Below are positions 1 to 14,700 of a stretch of DNA of 64,000 nt, piece after piece. Under the pieces are notes generated by a model. It worked only from the letters and a program-made list of their open reading frames with translations, made no database searches and was not told the DNA's origin. Origin of the DNA: Trichoplax sp. H2. Its lineage: Eukaryota. A program made the position numbers and the translations under genes. Position 1 is the first letter of the stretch, and every line of letters begins with the position of its first letter. Where the stretch lies: the NCBI GenBank assembly GCA_003344405.1, contig NOWV01000002.1, positions 62,001 to 126,000 on the forward strand. The letters are read 5' to 3'.

Positions 1-3000
1 ATAAGCAAGACCACACTGTTGTGCAAAAATTCAATTCAGTTTACAATTAGTAGAAATAAAATATTACTGTAAAGATCAAACTACTAGCAGCGATAGGAGT
101 TCTCTAAGCAAAATTTGCGTTCAGTATTGGAATACAAGATAGGGTGCCGTAATACAATTTTACTGTTAAATACCTATTATTTTTTGTTACGATACGATTA
201 CACAAAATTGTAAGAAATTTAGACTGTAACTATACAAGCTGTCCATAAGGATCGGAAAGTTATATTTTACTAAAAGGTTTATTTGTTTGACGGATCAGCT
301 CACTGCTATAAATTTTGGATAGCTAATTAGATCATATTACGTGTCATAGAATTTTCAAGTGAGCAAAAGGCGAGGCAAAATTTACCAGGGAGTGTTTGCT
401 CTTAGACGGACTTAACTTCTGCTATAAAAATTAAAAATTACAACCCATTCAATCCATTTCAATGAAATATGAATTACTATGAATTACTGGAATACATTAA
501 TTCATCAATGGTAAAAAAATGCGTCAATTAGATCAGGTCAGCAATCATCTAGAATCCAAACTTAATGAAAAATATTGCTATATTAGCAGTTTCTATATAC
601 GAGTAGATCCTAAGATTGCTATAAAAACTATAATATTTCTTCATTATAATAAAAGTATTAATATAAATTTAGAAGGATTTTACTGATTAACAGATCCCAT
701 TGTCGATATAAAAACTACGGCTTTTTTAATTAGATCCAATATCAGATAAATGCTACTTATAAAATTAGTCTATTGCTGATGAAGACGATCAGTTAAAGTA
801 TGAAAAAGCTTATTAGTAATCGATATATTAAGTTACCTTGTAGTAAACGGTTTACATCGTACGAGTATAATCAAAAGTTTCTTAAATATATCTTACCAGG
901 CAGAAAATCAATTGCTATCAATGAACTTAAAGACTCTGGCTAAAACACCTAATCTTCTTCTTGTATATGTCATGTATTAGTCAAACACCCAGCTCGCGAT
1001 ACTTCGCATACTCGTTTACTGATCATAATGTTTCAGTATATGTTTAATATAATACTTTTGAAAAGCTGTCTACCTGTCTGTTATGCTTACATTTCACCGA
1101 GCATGATCAGTCTTTGAAATCTGAACTCACAATGATTTTTTTCTTAATTTTGATAATAGAATAGACACTATTTAAGATGATATCTTTATGTAAAAAGGTG
1201 CTAAAAATGACGAACTATTCCTGTTCACTGTGAACAGATATTAATAGCTAGCTAAAAAAATAATCCCGTAACATTAATACGGTTAAATCATAATTTTACT
1301 CACAAAAAACTGACTATGCATCTATGTCCTTGGGTACACGACCTCTTCACTGAATTCCTTTCGTATTAGAATAGACACTGCCGATATTTTAGCATAAATA
1401 ACCATCGATCGGTAACAGTTTGCTAATAGAATTTCCAAAATCAAATTGAAAGAATCTAAGAAATTCGATTAATTCTAATCCAACATTCAAAGCTAACTGC
1501 AAATCGATGTCAATTAGAAAAAAATTCTCGGCAGTTTACAGTTGTTCAATTAATAAATTTAAATAGAATGAATAGTACTAATCATAATCAGTAATCTCTT
1601 AAAGCGATATCACTTAGCATCTTCATAAACCTTAGTACAGAGCGTAGAGTTTAATGAAATTGCCTGATTAAAATTGAAATGAAATCGTGCTATTCTCGTC
1701 AAATAAGCAATTAACAAACACTGTCGTCTCTATTATGGCATATCCCTAATGAATAGCAAAGTGATTTGCAGACATCAATTACCATCGTAAGCTTTTAAGA
1801 AAACTATGGATGAATTCGAAAGTTAAGGCTTATTATAAAACTATATCTTTAGTGCCCTTGTCTCAAATAACAATATGTCATATTGATTAAAAGCAATGCT
1901 ATTACTATTGAAAAAGATTTGCTATTTGAAAAAGTGGAATAACAAAAAAAGTCATGATATTTGCCTTCAATGTATTTGCTTCTAACAAACATTTTTACAC
2001 TAAGCAGATTGTTATTTTCATTATAAGAGATGTACTCCCGTAAATTATAAAATTAAACAATAAAAATAGGACGCATTTCAAAAACAGTTACCGATTTAAC
2101 CTCAAAATATTATTAAGGAGTGATTTAATATAGGGAAATTACGGTACTATCTAGTTTTTGTTAAATAAAAACTTCGATATGGTCTGATCTTGAAACTCCT
2201 CAGCTGTTTGATGTTTTCCTATAACATCCTGCATTTTTACTGTAAATTTAAGTAGAATTTTATTGTAATATGATCTAGATTAGTTTAATTGACGCTTTAC
2301 AGGCAATGTGTAGTCTAAATACACATTCTGTGGTCGATCTATGATTAAGGTAGCAAATCGCTCAAAATTTGGGAGATATTCGTGATTACTGCAGCTTCTA
2401 GACAATAGATAGAAGACAGATCTAATAAATAGTCAAAATTTCGAATTTACGACAGTTAAGATGCTGAGAATGACGTTTTAGGTTGTAGATTCGTCGTTTT
2501 GCTGTCGTTGCAAAACATTGTGAGCATAGATGTACCCTAACGATGAGAGATTAATACTTTGTAAAGGATTTATTTGTTTTAGCTGGTCTTCGTGACCTTT
2601 CCAAATACTGAAACTGGATATACGCATATATTGGATTAAATATTTAGCTAGCGAAAATTACATTTACTTTTGTCCGTCGATAATCGCATTCAATAAAATT
2701 GATAGATAAAGATGATATCATTCAATCCATTTTTAAAGCTTAAATTTTGTTTATGGTGTCTACGATACCTCGTCTGAGTAGAAAATTTCCATTAATGTAC
2801 CGCTATACTACACTTCAATTACATAATCTTAAGTAAAATTTTGAAACTTTGATTTAATATTCCGAGATTAGTGATTTATATAGAAGGCATATCAGAAAAT
2901 TAGAAGAGTAACATTATTTATATGTCAGATCTGCAGGTAGTAAGTAAATTTATCACTCAAAAAACGGATAATATCATGACATGTTATGTTATTGATGTTT

Positions 3001-6000
3001 ATCGATACTAAAATAGGCTCTAATAAGAAGTATTTAGCAACCGTAATATCATTAGAGTAATTATAAGATGGTTTCTCAAATCGAATACTAGTCTTTTTAG
3101 TAATTCTTTCAATTAGGATATTTATACAAAAGTTTTATAGAAAATTGAATTTAAAGGTAATCTATATTATATGATTTTACATAATTACTAGACTAGGCGT
3201 AGCCAAAGTTCCCGACTTCAATTATTTATTCCTTTTTGGACATAAGGTCGCTACGATATCCCTTTACTCTCAGCTATGTAAAAGGGACTTACATTGCAAT
3301 ATAGATTAACGCACCTAAAGCCTTAGCAACAATTATCAAAGTCATCAATTAGTTTTAGCAGTTGAAATGGAAATTATGTTCATATTATTAATAGTTACGG
3401 TAAGGATTGATCGGTAAACTATCTGGAGATAAGTAATCATAATAGCGGTATAGAAATTAATCTCCATTAATCTTTTTTCTTCGTGATTATTTTTCTGACC
3501 TCAAAGCGGAGCTGAAAAATTATTAACGATCCTTGATACAATCAATTTGTTACTATACTATTACAGAATGAGAAATACTATAAAAGCTGAAATAAAATAG
3601 TACGGTACTATGGCAGAGCTAAGGAAATTACTAATATTAAATGCCTTCTTTCATTTTAATACCGCGATAGTCATACAATAATTATATCTTTCCATAAAAA
3701 ATTAGGTATCGGGAAAACTAATTTTTACATTTTATCCTAAATACTTAGACTTAGTGCTGTACGATTTTAAATAGAACACGGTCAACTCAATTGTAAATGA
3801 TGGCTGAATATTCGTCATTTTAATTTTTATATCAAAACTTAATTAGTGATAATAAACTAATTGCAGATAAAAGATAACGCAATTTTTTTATGAATAGTTA
3901 AAAATCTCACAGAAATTCTAGTTCAAATATCGCAGTTGTAACTGAGGTCTACAATTCTTAGGGCCATCATGATGAATTATAACTTACCTATCTAAAGGTG
4001 GTATAGAAACGAAAAATTTGCCGCTTTAAACGAGAAGAATAAGTAATTGAGGTACTTGACCACAACGATTTGACTACTGAATGTAAGATTGCATTTATTA
4101 TTCGTCAAGACCAGCCGGATTGAAATTGGTATCTTAATAGCTACTATTTAAGAAATTTTATTAAGTTATTATTTCAAACCCAACTGACACACCGGATCTA
4201 TTAACATACAATAGGAGAAAACTTTATCCTTCTTTTCCGACTGCAATGATTTGACAGGCCTCACTAGTAAAATATTATTTTTTACAAAGTTACTAAAGGT
4301 AATTAATAATCGAATTGTGGGACATTTTCACTTTTATGTAGTTATTATAAAGTCACCATATTCACTTTATTACAATAATAATTGTAACAATAAATTCAGT
4401 GAATTTTAACTGTATTAAAATTATTTATAGCAAATTAGTTTATTGATTAGATATAGAATAATAATAGTGTCTATTCGAATAAAACTATACTATTCAGTTT
4501 ATTTATTTTCTATCGCTGCATTTATCTTAAAGTAATTCTTGCATTTACAGTAACATTTTCAGCATATTCATCTTCAACTTATAAAATAACAAACTACAAA
4601 AAAAAAATTAGACTCTAATGTCTGATTTGATAATGATACAAAATATGGCGATCATTTTAAATAAGAAATTGTTAACCTAACTACGTGTAGTTGAAACTAC
4701 TATACAACTGGCTATGTGCCCTTCTAAGTAAGACCAAGTAAACTTTTTATATCTTATAATTCTAAATCAATCGTTAAGGATTTCAATAAACAACTTACGC
4801 TTTGTCTACCATATATCAGTAGATATATTAAAATTTTAATTTAACACTCCTTTCTCTCATTTAATTGATGTCGTGAGTTAGATTGATTACCTCTAATAGC
4901 TACAATTGGACGATAAGAGATAATCGAATGTAAACTATTTTTACTATATTTACATATCGATATAAATTCACCGGACATACTATAGAATATAGATATAGAA
5001 TACGTTTACGTAGTTGCTTTACCTAATTTTTTAACTTTTCAATAAGAATATTGTTTTGTTTTAACTTTTCTAGCAAGCTAAGTTAATTTACTAACTTCCA
5101 CCCGTATCAATACTGTGTCATCTATAATTCTAGCTAACTGCGTACTACACGACGCTATAAACTGTTCTAAATTACATTCACACCCTGAATTATGACCAGA
5201 AATGAATTAGTCTATTTGTTGTACAGCTAAATATTGCAGTAAACTAAGAGATTATTTCCTTATCGTTGTCTAAATTTAATTCTAATTCATAAAATTAATT
5301 GAATTATTATCTTATCATACGATTGCTGACATGCTTCCAAGTACCTCTGAAGATTCAACTTTTATTTTATCGATCGTTTCTAGATCACTATTTTATCTTC
5401 TCTTATCCTATTTTGCTAATCATCGATAAAATTACTTTTATTGGCTATTTACAAAGTAATTATGAATCACAGACAATAGTTTCTTTTTTTATTTACCAAC
5501 TGTTATAAAGCATACCAAAAATAATTAATTTTTATTACTCTATTTTGATATAGGATAAATAAATAAAGCAATGTCGTTTAAGTGTAGTAATGGAAGTAAT
5601 ATGAAAAATTCTCCCGTTACATTTTTATAAGCATGATAAATCAAAGAAATCATTGCTTTGTTACTTATCTTTATTTTATATAAACGGTAAGTGTGTGCAG
5701 TATCATCAATTTATGATGCTTAAGAATCATATTTGATTTGCAAAAGTTTAATAAAATTTAGGCGGTAATCGTAATTAGAGTCTTGATAATATAACTTAAG
5801 ATAAAAATAGCCTAAAAAAGAACTTGCTAAATCATTATTAATGTTTTAATGATGCGCTCTGATTGTGTTATAACTATCATTATGGAATTCAACACCCTAT
5901 AATTTATTTATAAACTAAAAGCAATAAATGTTAATCATCACCTCTTATGTGATCGTGGAGAAACAGCAACCAAATAGGATAGTAATTTATCTTCAGTAAT

Positions 6001-9000
6001 TGCGAATAAAATTCCTTAATAATAATATTCTGCGATCTGTTATTTTGCGATATTTGTACATTAATGCATTATTCTCTTCGATCAATCTATCATTATTGAG
6101 AACACCAGTCCTTCTTATTTTGATCTTTAACTCTACTCTACCTTGCTGGCATATTATACTGAGAAGCCAGATGTGTGGTAGCTATTTCAAGCTGAATAAA
6201 TAAGTATATACTTGCGATACACTTAATTATAGATTATAAGATATGTAGAGTATCCGATACCCATAAGGCTAAATAAGACACTAAGGATCTATTATACCTA
6301 AACATTTTAGCTGAAATACGTTCTACTACGCGCCAATCAAATCTTAAATATTAAAAATTAAATCGTTTGCCAAAGACCTATTTGATCCAAATAATTTTAT
6401 GTGCCAAAATTGTGATTATCCTATAACAAAGCACGTTAAAGCCATATTAAATATTCCAACTAGGAATCGGTACCGGTAATAGATAAGGGGTAAGTAGCAC
6501 AGATAACTAAATAAATAATAGATAGTTATCCAAGAATCCGTTCAATGGATAAAAATTCATGGGCAAGTTTCAAGAGTTGCATCATATGCTCTAGTCATTC
6601 ATAAGATATTTAGAGAGAAAGAGGAGCATTCATTATTGGCGCAATGACCGCCTAACACCCTAAAAAGGAAAGTTTCTTTGTGGTCATTACCACTGAAAGG
6701 TATGGTAATTTTCAATATATCATCAAAATTCATTTGCAGATCTATTTTAATCAGAATTTTAGGATATCCATTTTAAAATAATGCTACCGGTGTATACATT
6801 TATAATACCCTTGCAATGAGTTAAAAATTCTAACAATTAATATAGTTATTGCAGTTTTGCGATATCTAAAGGATTAAGGTTTATAGCTCAGTGAGCAGCA
6901 GCAATATGAGATACAGTATTCGTGATAAGTGTAGCATCATCAAAATTAATTTAAAATTATTTACATTCTACATCAACTTTTTATAATTATCTACCTTTGT
7001 AAACATCCTGTACGGGAATAAGTTTTAAACATAAAATCTACTTGTTTCTGAATCATAGTTGAAAAGTCCACGTGTTTGGCTTTAATCTACTCTAATGAAT
7101 ATTGATTATACATGTTAACAATGCAAAGAGTGAATGATAAAATTACTGATGTCATAAAATAAGCGACTGCTTTGAAATAAAATAATATCAATACTTTGAT
7201 ATCATGAAGATATTTTTAAGGATATCTTCCGAGCTGAACACTTGTCATTCTGACGAATAGCTAATAAATCTTGAATTTAATATAATCGATGACGTCAAAG
7301 TCATTGATTATAATCTTAATCTCATTCCAAATATCTCATGCTAGAAATTGGGACAAAAACACCTCTAAGATAACTTTATCGCCTTTTCAGACGTCAGATG
7401 TGACATTTATCTGTTTTAGATGAAAAGACACAGAATAGCTTAAAAATGAATTCTATTCTCAAAGTTGTAATTTTAGCCATAATTTTAAATTTTAGTTACT
7501 ATATCATTTTAAAGTAAATTCATTAATATTCTACATAAAATAATAGTAGTTTTGAGGTTTTTCACTATTGTCTGCCCTAGTAATAGTTTGATGCGCCTGC
7601 GATTTAACCGCTTAACATATCTCAGCTAATACTGATACTACCTTCTCGTACTGTGTCTTACTAATAAACTTTTCATAACGTAAAATTATTTGTTTCAATA
7701 TTCTGCATCCAAGAATAAGGAATAAGAATCTGTTAATTAAATTATCTATTCTTAGCATACATACGCGTATATGTCTTTTAGCTATATAATGTCACAATAA
7801 AGCTACGCTTATTTAGTTAAAGTAAGTAAGAAATATTTTAAAGTACGTCATTAAAAGTATAACTTTACCAATATTTAGGTTGTATATGTCCCATAGTGTA
7901 GGTTTACCATCAATTGCCTAATAATTAATAAACAATTGCTATTTAAACCATTGAATTATAATTGTGCTTTATTCTATAAATCAATTTATTGTCACTAATT
8001 CTAACTAGAAAAAATGATTAAATATTAATCTGGATAAAGTAATCCGATTTTATTAGGCAAGTTATAAACCAGACGTAAGGGTAGATCTTGTTGTTATACA
8101 GTAATTAGTAATGACGACAGTATTATTGTAAATGGCAAGTAGATGGCATGTAATAATATGACCTCATATTTATTGCTCTCTGTGTGTATCGCAATGTTCA
8201 GACCTTATCATCATCGTTTAGGAATGCAAAGTTTGTAGATAGAGAACCTACATATATTTTATTGGTACGCTGAATAAAGAAAGCAGTAGGTAATCTCTAG
8301 ATAGAGTCGTGCTTTTTTTAAACGTAATGAAAAGATCCAATACCCTTCATAAAATAAATACTAATAATAATTAATTTACGTCGTAACGTAATTAAGTCCG
8401 GTATCAATTGTTTAATTATTGTACTAGATCTTAGAATTGATACCGATACTTTTGCGACTTAATCTTCAGCCGTTGACTGAATTTTATTATTTACGGTCCT
8501 TATCCAGTATCTTTTAATTTATCTTGCATTTCTATACTGTAGATTTTCCATAGCCATCAGTTTCATCTATTTCTTAAATTTCTCAGCACTGTTAATAGCA
8601 GTAACATTGTGCTTCAACCTGTCAGTGAATCAATACTTTATTAAAGCTTTAAAATCTAAGCCCAAGAAGCTTTTCGACATCAAATTTAAGACAATTACAT
8701 CTCTTCATAGAGAATACACTAAGAGGACATAATAATATAGCCGATTGATAGTTTTATACACCTAATATGACGAAAAACAAATTGTGTGATTTTCATATTA
8801 CTAGAATATATCATAACTTTCAACTCTATACTCCAAGAATCAAGTAGAATTTTTGGTCAAGTTTTACACTATCGCTGCACTACCTCGCATCTCTGTACAT
8901 TGTTCCCTGCTACTAATAATATAATGATATAATTAAATACATGTGTTTACTGTACTTTCCCTGATTCAATAATAACTCGAAACAGGCAAACAATATCATA

Positions 9001-9635
9001 ACCGTGATCTATAAACATGTATTTGTTCTACACAGCTAGCCCAGCATTACGGTGATCCGCATATACGAGAGAGATCAATATGATGTAGTCAACTACAACT
9101 ACCTCTAAAGCGTTGAAATAGACATATCCTACACTAATAATAATCTGTAAATCAGTATAAATATACCGGGGCAATATCGAACATATGGTACTATCTTTAT
9201 CTAGAATTAAAATATTATCAATACCGTCCTATTTATAATATCGATCTCGCCTTTAAAATACTCTGTTACAGGTAGATATTTATCTAATTAAAGCATTAGT
9301 TTCATTTAAGTCAAGAACTCTAATGCGTTAGAAACAGCACTTTGATGAAATAGCGTTTGATACGTGAAGTTAGCTCAATGTCGAGGATACATGTTAATTT
9401 TGTTAAATAATTATTTATGTAATAATTAATTCACTGCGACTACTTGTCTACGATGTCGAAATCATTTACTCCTTTCATATATTAGATACTTTTACAACTA
9501 ATACGGTATATTAACTTCTGTGATAACATCTTTTAGGGTATAATACTGATATAATTTGACAAACTGCCTTTCCTTAAGGTCTAATTAATTACGGATTAGA
9601 TCAAGGGAAAGCATCTTATTCTTTCTGATGTTGTA

Positions 9636-12600
9636 TCAGCCTGCAATGTCTTTTAAAGCTCTATTAATAAGTGCAGTAATCTGATCAATATTAACATCAC
9701 TCGCAGACGACGGACTGTTATAAAGACGGCACATATTAGGATGAGGACGATGAATTCGCCTATCATTGCTTGATTGAACAGTAGAATCTGGCGCAGCATC
9801 TGCAGCAAAAAGGTAGCGAGTAATATAATCTCCACAACCTCTCGGATCATGTTCACTTTCCCGGAAAGGTTGTACCCAGAAGTTCGCTTGAGATTGACTC
9901 AATTGTTCACTCTTATTTAATTCAATTTCATCCAATAGCCAATTGCACAAGTTAATTGGAAATAGATCAGTAAATAATGGTTTTAATTGTGCTGGTGTCA
10001 CCAAGCAAACTTTAGCGATTGTTTGCGGAGTTAAAAATAGTTTCGCCGTTGACCAAATACTCGAAAATATCCAATTGTAATTGATACAAAGCAACTGGCC
10101 AAGCCGGCATGGATAATGATTAGATAATAAATTCATAACCTTAGCGTTTAATTTATTGCATGTTGAAGACATTGTAATCCCTATAAATACATGGTATTAT
10201 TAATACTTAATGATGTACAGAAATAAATAATTTAATGAAGGCAATGAAAAGATTACTCAAAATTAAAAAAGAAATATTAAATACCAGTGCAGTCAAGTAT
10301 CCAGATCCAGGTACAATTGTCATCTGGCATGGTTGCAATCGCATTTTCAATTAAGTAAACCATATGGACTATTGTATCTTCTATGGTATCACTTTTCGCT
10401 TGTTCTTGAGCAAAACACGAATAAATTACAGGCCTACCAGTCTTATCGAAACCTACCTGCCTCTAGAATATAATTCAATTAATTGAGTAATGAAATATGC
10501 GAAGTAAAACGTATTAATTACAGGTAAAATAAGTTGCGTTGAAATTTTCAAAATATTGAGTAATTTACCTATAATACATTCGAAATATAACTATGATTTG
10601 TGCACTTTCGTGATATTAAACTATATTTCAGACTTAATCTGATTGTTTTTACGAACTGATTGGAAGAATGATTAGATTTATTTACATAATGCGGTATAAA
10701 AGATTCAATGCCATACTATCTAAAATCATTATAAGATATACGGTACGCGTACGGTAATTATAATTATACAGTACTTCCGCATCTATGGATTTCGCACACA
10801 ACTTCTCACGAAAAATATAATTCTTGCATCACGTAGGATGCATAATTTAATCATTCAACGCGAGATGTATAATAATTTGAGATTTCGATGTGAATACACA
10901 CAGTAGTAGAACTAACAACCACAGTATATGATGAAGTTTCATGGTTAGATGTTATATAGCAAGTGAGTGGTTTCAAATAGTAACAACAGTAAATCATTCT
11001 GATGGCAATTACTCGTTAGCTTACGAACAAGCTGACATTTTGGTACAATGCTCGTATACTATATAGGATTATGTAGGGAAGATTATATTGTATGAATACG
11101 CGTACGTCCTTATTTTATTTCAGTACAATGGCGCGTTTACTATACAATTGATGTAAGGCTGTTGACAATCTAAAGAATATTAAAAGTAAATGGTATTATT
11201 GCGTGAGTTAACTTAATACCGTTTCTAATTTCAACTCTTGAAAAAAAGGTACCGTAAATACAATAAACTACTGGTGTACCTTGATTTACCTAAAGTTAGC
11301 TAAGCTAAGTGGTACTATTACTGTATTTATAGTATAAGCGAACTCGTATCTATACGAACTTAATCCACATTGAAGCGCATAGTTTCTTAAATCTGAGCTG
11401 TTGTGGATAACATATTAACTTTCGTGAAGTATATACGATTAAAGAACTGTCTGCGTGATATTATACGTATATTTACAATGTTAAATTTTTACCCACGCAT
11501 GATACCCCGGTGTTTCAATACACCATTTACATTGCCACAGTTGAGGTTGATGTTTGATACGCCACTTTAAAGTCCTTAAAATCATTTCTTCTGCTTCATC
11601 AATATTCCAATGATTTGCTTGCAGGTAGCGATGAATCCTATACAAATGTATACCATCATTTATATTTTCAATAAAAACAGTAAGTAATCTGAGTAACATT
11701 AATACTATTCATATCTTTCATAAAGTCCTTGCTATTAACAGCAGATACACGAGTAGACTTTAAAGTTACTATCATTATTCTGGAAGATAGCAGATATATC
11801 TGTTTAAGCGTATTTTGTGGTCAATTAAATAATTAAAACCTGGAAATAACAAAAAACAAAAAAATATAAAATGCGCTACTACGATAGTTGGGTGACTATT
11901 GTCATTGCCGGCATTCAAGATATTCATACTAATTTATCTCAGCTTGCGATATCAAAAGTAATAGCTTATACAGTAAATAATAGCTCCGTAGTTTTTTAGT
12001 AAAACTTCAAAAAAGAATATACTTGCTTCGTTATTTTCTATCTTGAAAGACAATCAAAGTAGTTCTGAAATATATTGACGCATACCGCATGATATTAAGC
12101 AACTTTGAAAACATTAAATTGTTCTTGTTTACGCGTACACACTAGGGTCAGTAGCTATGTATTTGATTCGAAAAAAAATCTTCATATTCCCACAGGATAA
12201 TCAGGAATTTTTACTCATGATACCGAATCAGTATCAATGGAGAAAAAATTATGAGATTATTCTACACTTCCATTTCATTTCACTTTACTTCATAATAATT
12301 ACTAGTATGAAAGATTTATGGGTGGGGACAGTTACTGTTTGGTATTCAAAAAAGGATCCTAAACTGGGTTAATTCCAAAGCAAAAGATTACTAATGTGAA
12401 CTCTATCAATCTAACATAGAGATCTATAAGTTGCATAATAGCAGTACACAGATGTGATATTTTAGACCGTCTATTGATGCTTAGAATGAAAGGAAGAATG
12501 TCGCAATTAATCATCATCTCGTAATTATCAGTTACCCGCAATAGCGGATAGAACTGAAAAAGAAAGTTGTCTACAGTTTATTAAAAAGGGGAATAATAGA

Positions 12601-12867
12601 GTAATAAAACCTACATGAGGAAAATAAAGCAACTAACTAACTTTTGAAGTAATCTACGAATTCAAGATGAGCCAGCAATGCTTACGTATTTAAGGTAATA
12701 AAATTTTCTGGGTCTTTACGATGACATAGACGGCGATGGAGATCAGTCATCTTCTTTTGTTGTATATCTTCTTCATCTAAGGCATATTCATGTGAAAACG
12801 ATTTGCTGGATTCCTCCTTTTTTCGGTTAAAATTGGTCCATAATCCATTGGATACTTTAGTCATCAT
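9636..12867 (-). CDS. CRAL-TRIO (Sec14-like) lipid-binding domain protein, 4 coding exons (12867-12686, 11637-11493, 10462-10285, 10180-9636)
   Basis: The exons join in frame across GT-AG junctions. The CRAL-TRIO_N-like segment is IHRYLQANHWNIDEAEEMILRTLKWR. The Sec14 core is GFDKTGRPVIY...MVYLIENAI...WIWILDCTG...LLSNHYPCRLGQLLCINYNWIFSSIWSTAKLFLTPQTIAKV. Confidence 0.88.
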
Positions 12868-14539
12868 TTTGAAGATTTGTTATTCTTCACAATTTTGTTT
12901 GTTTGCTTCTACTATGCTAAATGATACAAAAATGTTCAAGATTAATCTCCGTAATGATATAAACACCTTAACTAATAGTAGTGCCAATCGTTAAATTGTC
13001 GAGCTTCTTTTTTTCATGTAGAAATGTAATTATAAATTAATAACAATTGCAATTCCTTCAATATCCTTCAAAGAAATGATGTCCATTTACATTGGCGAAA
13101 ATAATAGCCAACTCTTCTTTTATTCTTTTATCATCATAGCATGTACTACGGTTTGCATTAGTAATGTCAATTTTTAAAATTATCCATTTATATTGTCGTT
13201 CGGGAATCGAGACTGTACTGTACTCCTTTATTCCATTACAAACAGTAGGAAAGTTTGAAAACAAAAGCTATGATTAATCGATTATAGATCTAGTAAATAA
13301 CAGGATAACGATATTAGGACAAAGGATATCAATGAACTGGCAGATTAAAACGATATCTTCAAATTACTCGATAGTAATAGTTGAAATTAAGATAATTAAG
13401 AAATAAGAAAGACCTGCAGTAGTGCGGGTGTACGAGTATTTGTCAGTCAAATCTTCACTTAATTACTTTAGATATACAGTACGAAGTGTTGTTACTGATA
13501 TGAATTTCATCAATGAAAAATGTTTCATTTTTTCGCTACTACCAGTCAATTTATACGTTTGTCAAAATCCAGACACAATGATCGTTCTAATTTTTTTTTT
13601 CTTATAGGCTAGTAAGACGAAATTGCTTACAACATGGAGGACTATGCATTATTCGCCTATCCAACACATTATACCAACATTATCCATATGCAGGGATTAT
13701 ACGTAACCGAAAACTGCAGTAAAATTAGGGAAAATTTCATTTTATCGTCTAATTGTGCTTAACAATGCACCCATCACGATAACATTCTGGACTACAAATA
13801 ATTAATTAGAACGGTACATAATGTTATCGCCAATCTGGACGCGTCCAAAGTGGCATCTAGTAGTCTACAGTATTGACGATACTGTCTGCAAGCCTTTTGT
13901 TTACATTTTTGAGACTGTATAATTGAGGCTTGGCGAAGGATATTTCGCCAAATTTGGCTACATGGATAACCTGTATATTTCTTGACTACAGTAAGTTGGC
14001 ACATACAAAGAATTCGCTTGTCGAAGTGAAGGAAAAGTAAAAAGGAGACGAGTTGAAAATCTGTCAATGCGCATAAGACGGGTTGAAAAGTAATTAATGT
14101 TCTTCTTCTTCTTGACAATCACAGAAACGTACTCCAATGATTGTCATGGAATTTTCCTTTCTTTACAGTGGTATTTCTTTTTTTCTCTTTCTGTTCACAT
14201 AATATCCAGTTATGTACAACAGGATGAGATGATATTTACCTAACTGATTATAGTCTTACCTTAGTTCTGTTCTTGAATGAATGATCAAAAGCATTGAATT
14301 GATCCCACTTACACACTAGCAATAGGAGAACAAAATTGTGATGGAGTTAATTAGATTACCAATTAATCTGCAGTCAAGGTAAAGACGAGGATCACTACTT
14401 CCACCTTGATCGAAATGATGGAATAGCCGATAACCGTCGATATTTATATTGTTATGTCATATACACATTGATCGGCAGACTTGTGTTGATTGGATCACCT
14501 AGGTGCTGTCAAGCGTTTCACGGTCACCTGCCAAAGTTC

Positions 14540-14700
14540 GCTCACATTGTGTTACTGTACTGTAATCTATAATAAGACAATACAGAAAAAAATCTTTCTT
14601 CGACAGTAGTATAATCCTGATTTAAAGTACTGTATGTGTACAGTGAGAGTGTACACTCCTACTGTAGCCACAGTACTGTACATTAGTGAACGAGTTGATG
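14540..14700. promoter_or_regulatory. CAGTA/TACTG-rich putative promoter region of the CRAL-TRIO gene
   Basis: There is a cluster of TACTGTACTGTA, AGTACTGTA and CACAGTACTGTACA. A minus-strand AG|GTAAG donor at 14259 and a TTTAG acceptor near 12917 fit a 5'UTR intron linking this region to the CDS (inference). Confidence 0.4.

Noticed and set aside
5299..6203. ORFs 5299-5508 and 6000-6203
   Set aside because: They have non-ATG starts and an I/L/F/Y-rich composition typical of random AT-rich DNA.
13058..14118. Short ORFs 13058-13264, 13422-13607 and 13792-14118
   Set aside because: They show no recognisable motif or consistent exon chain, and probably lie in the 5'UTR intron of the CRAL-TRIO gene.
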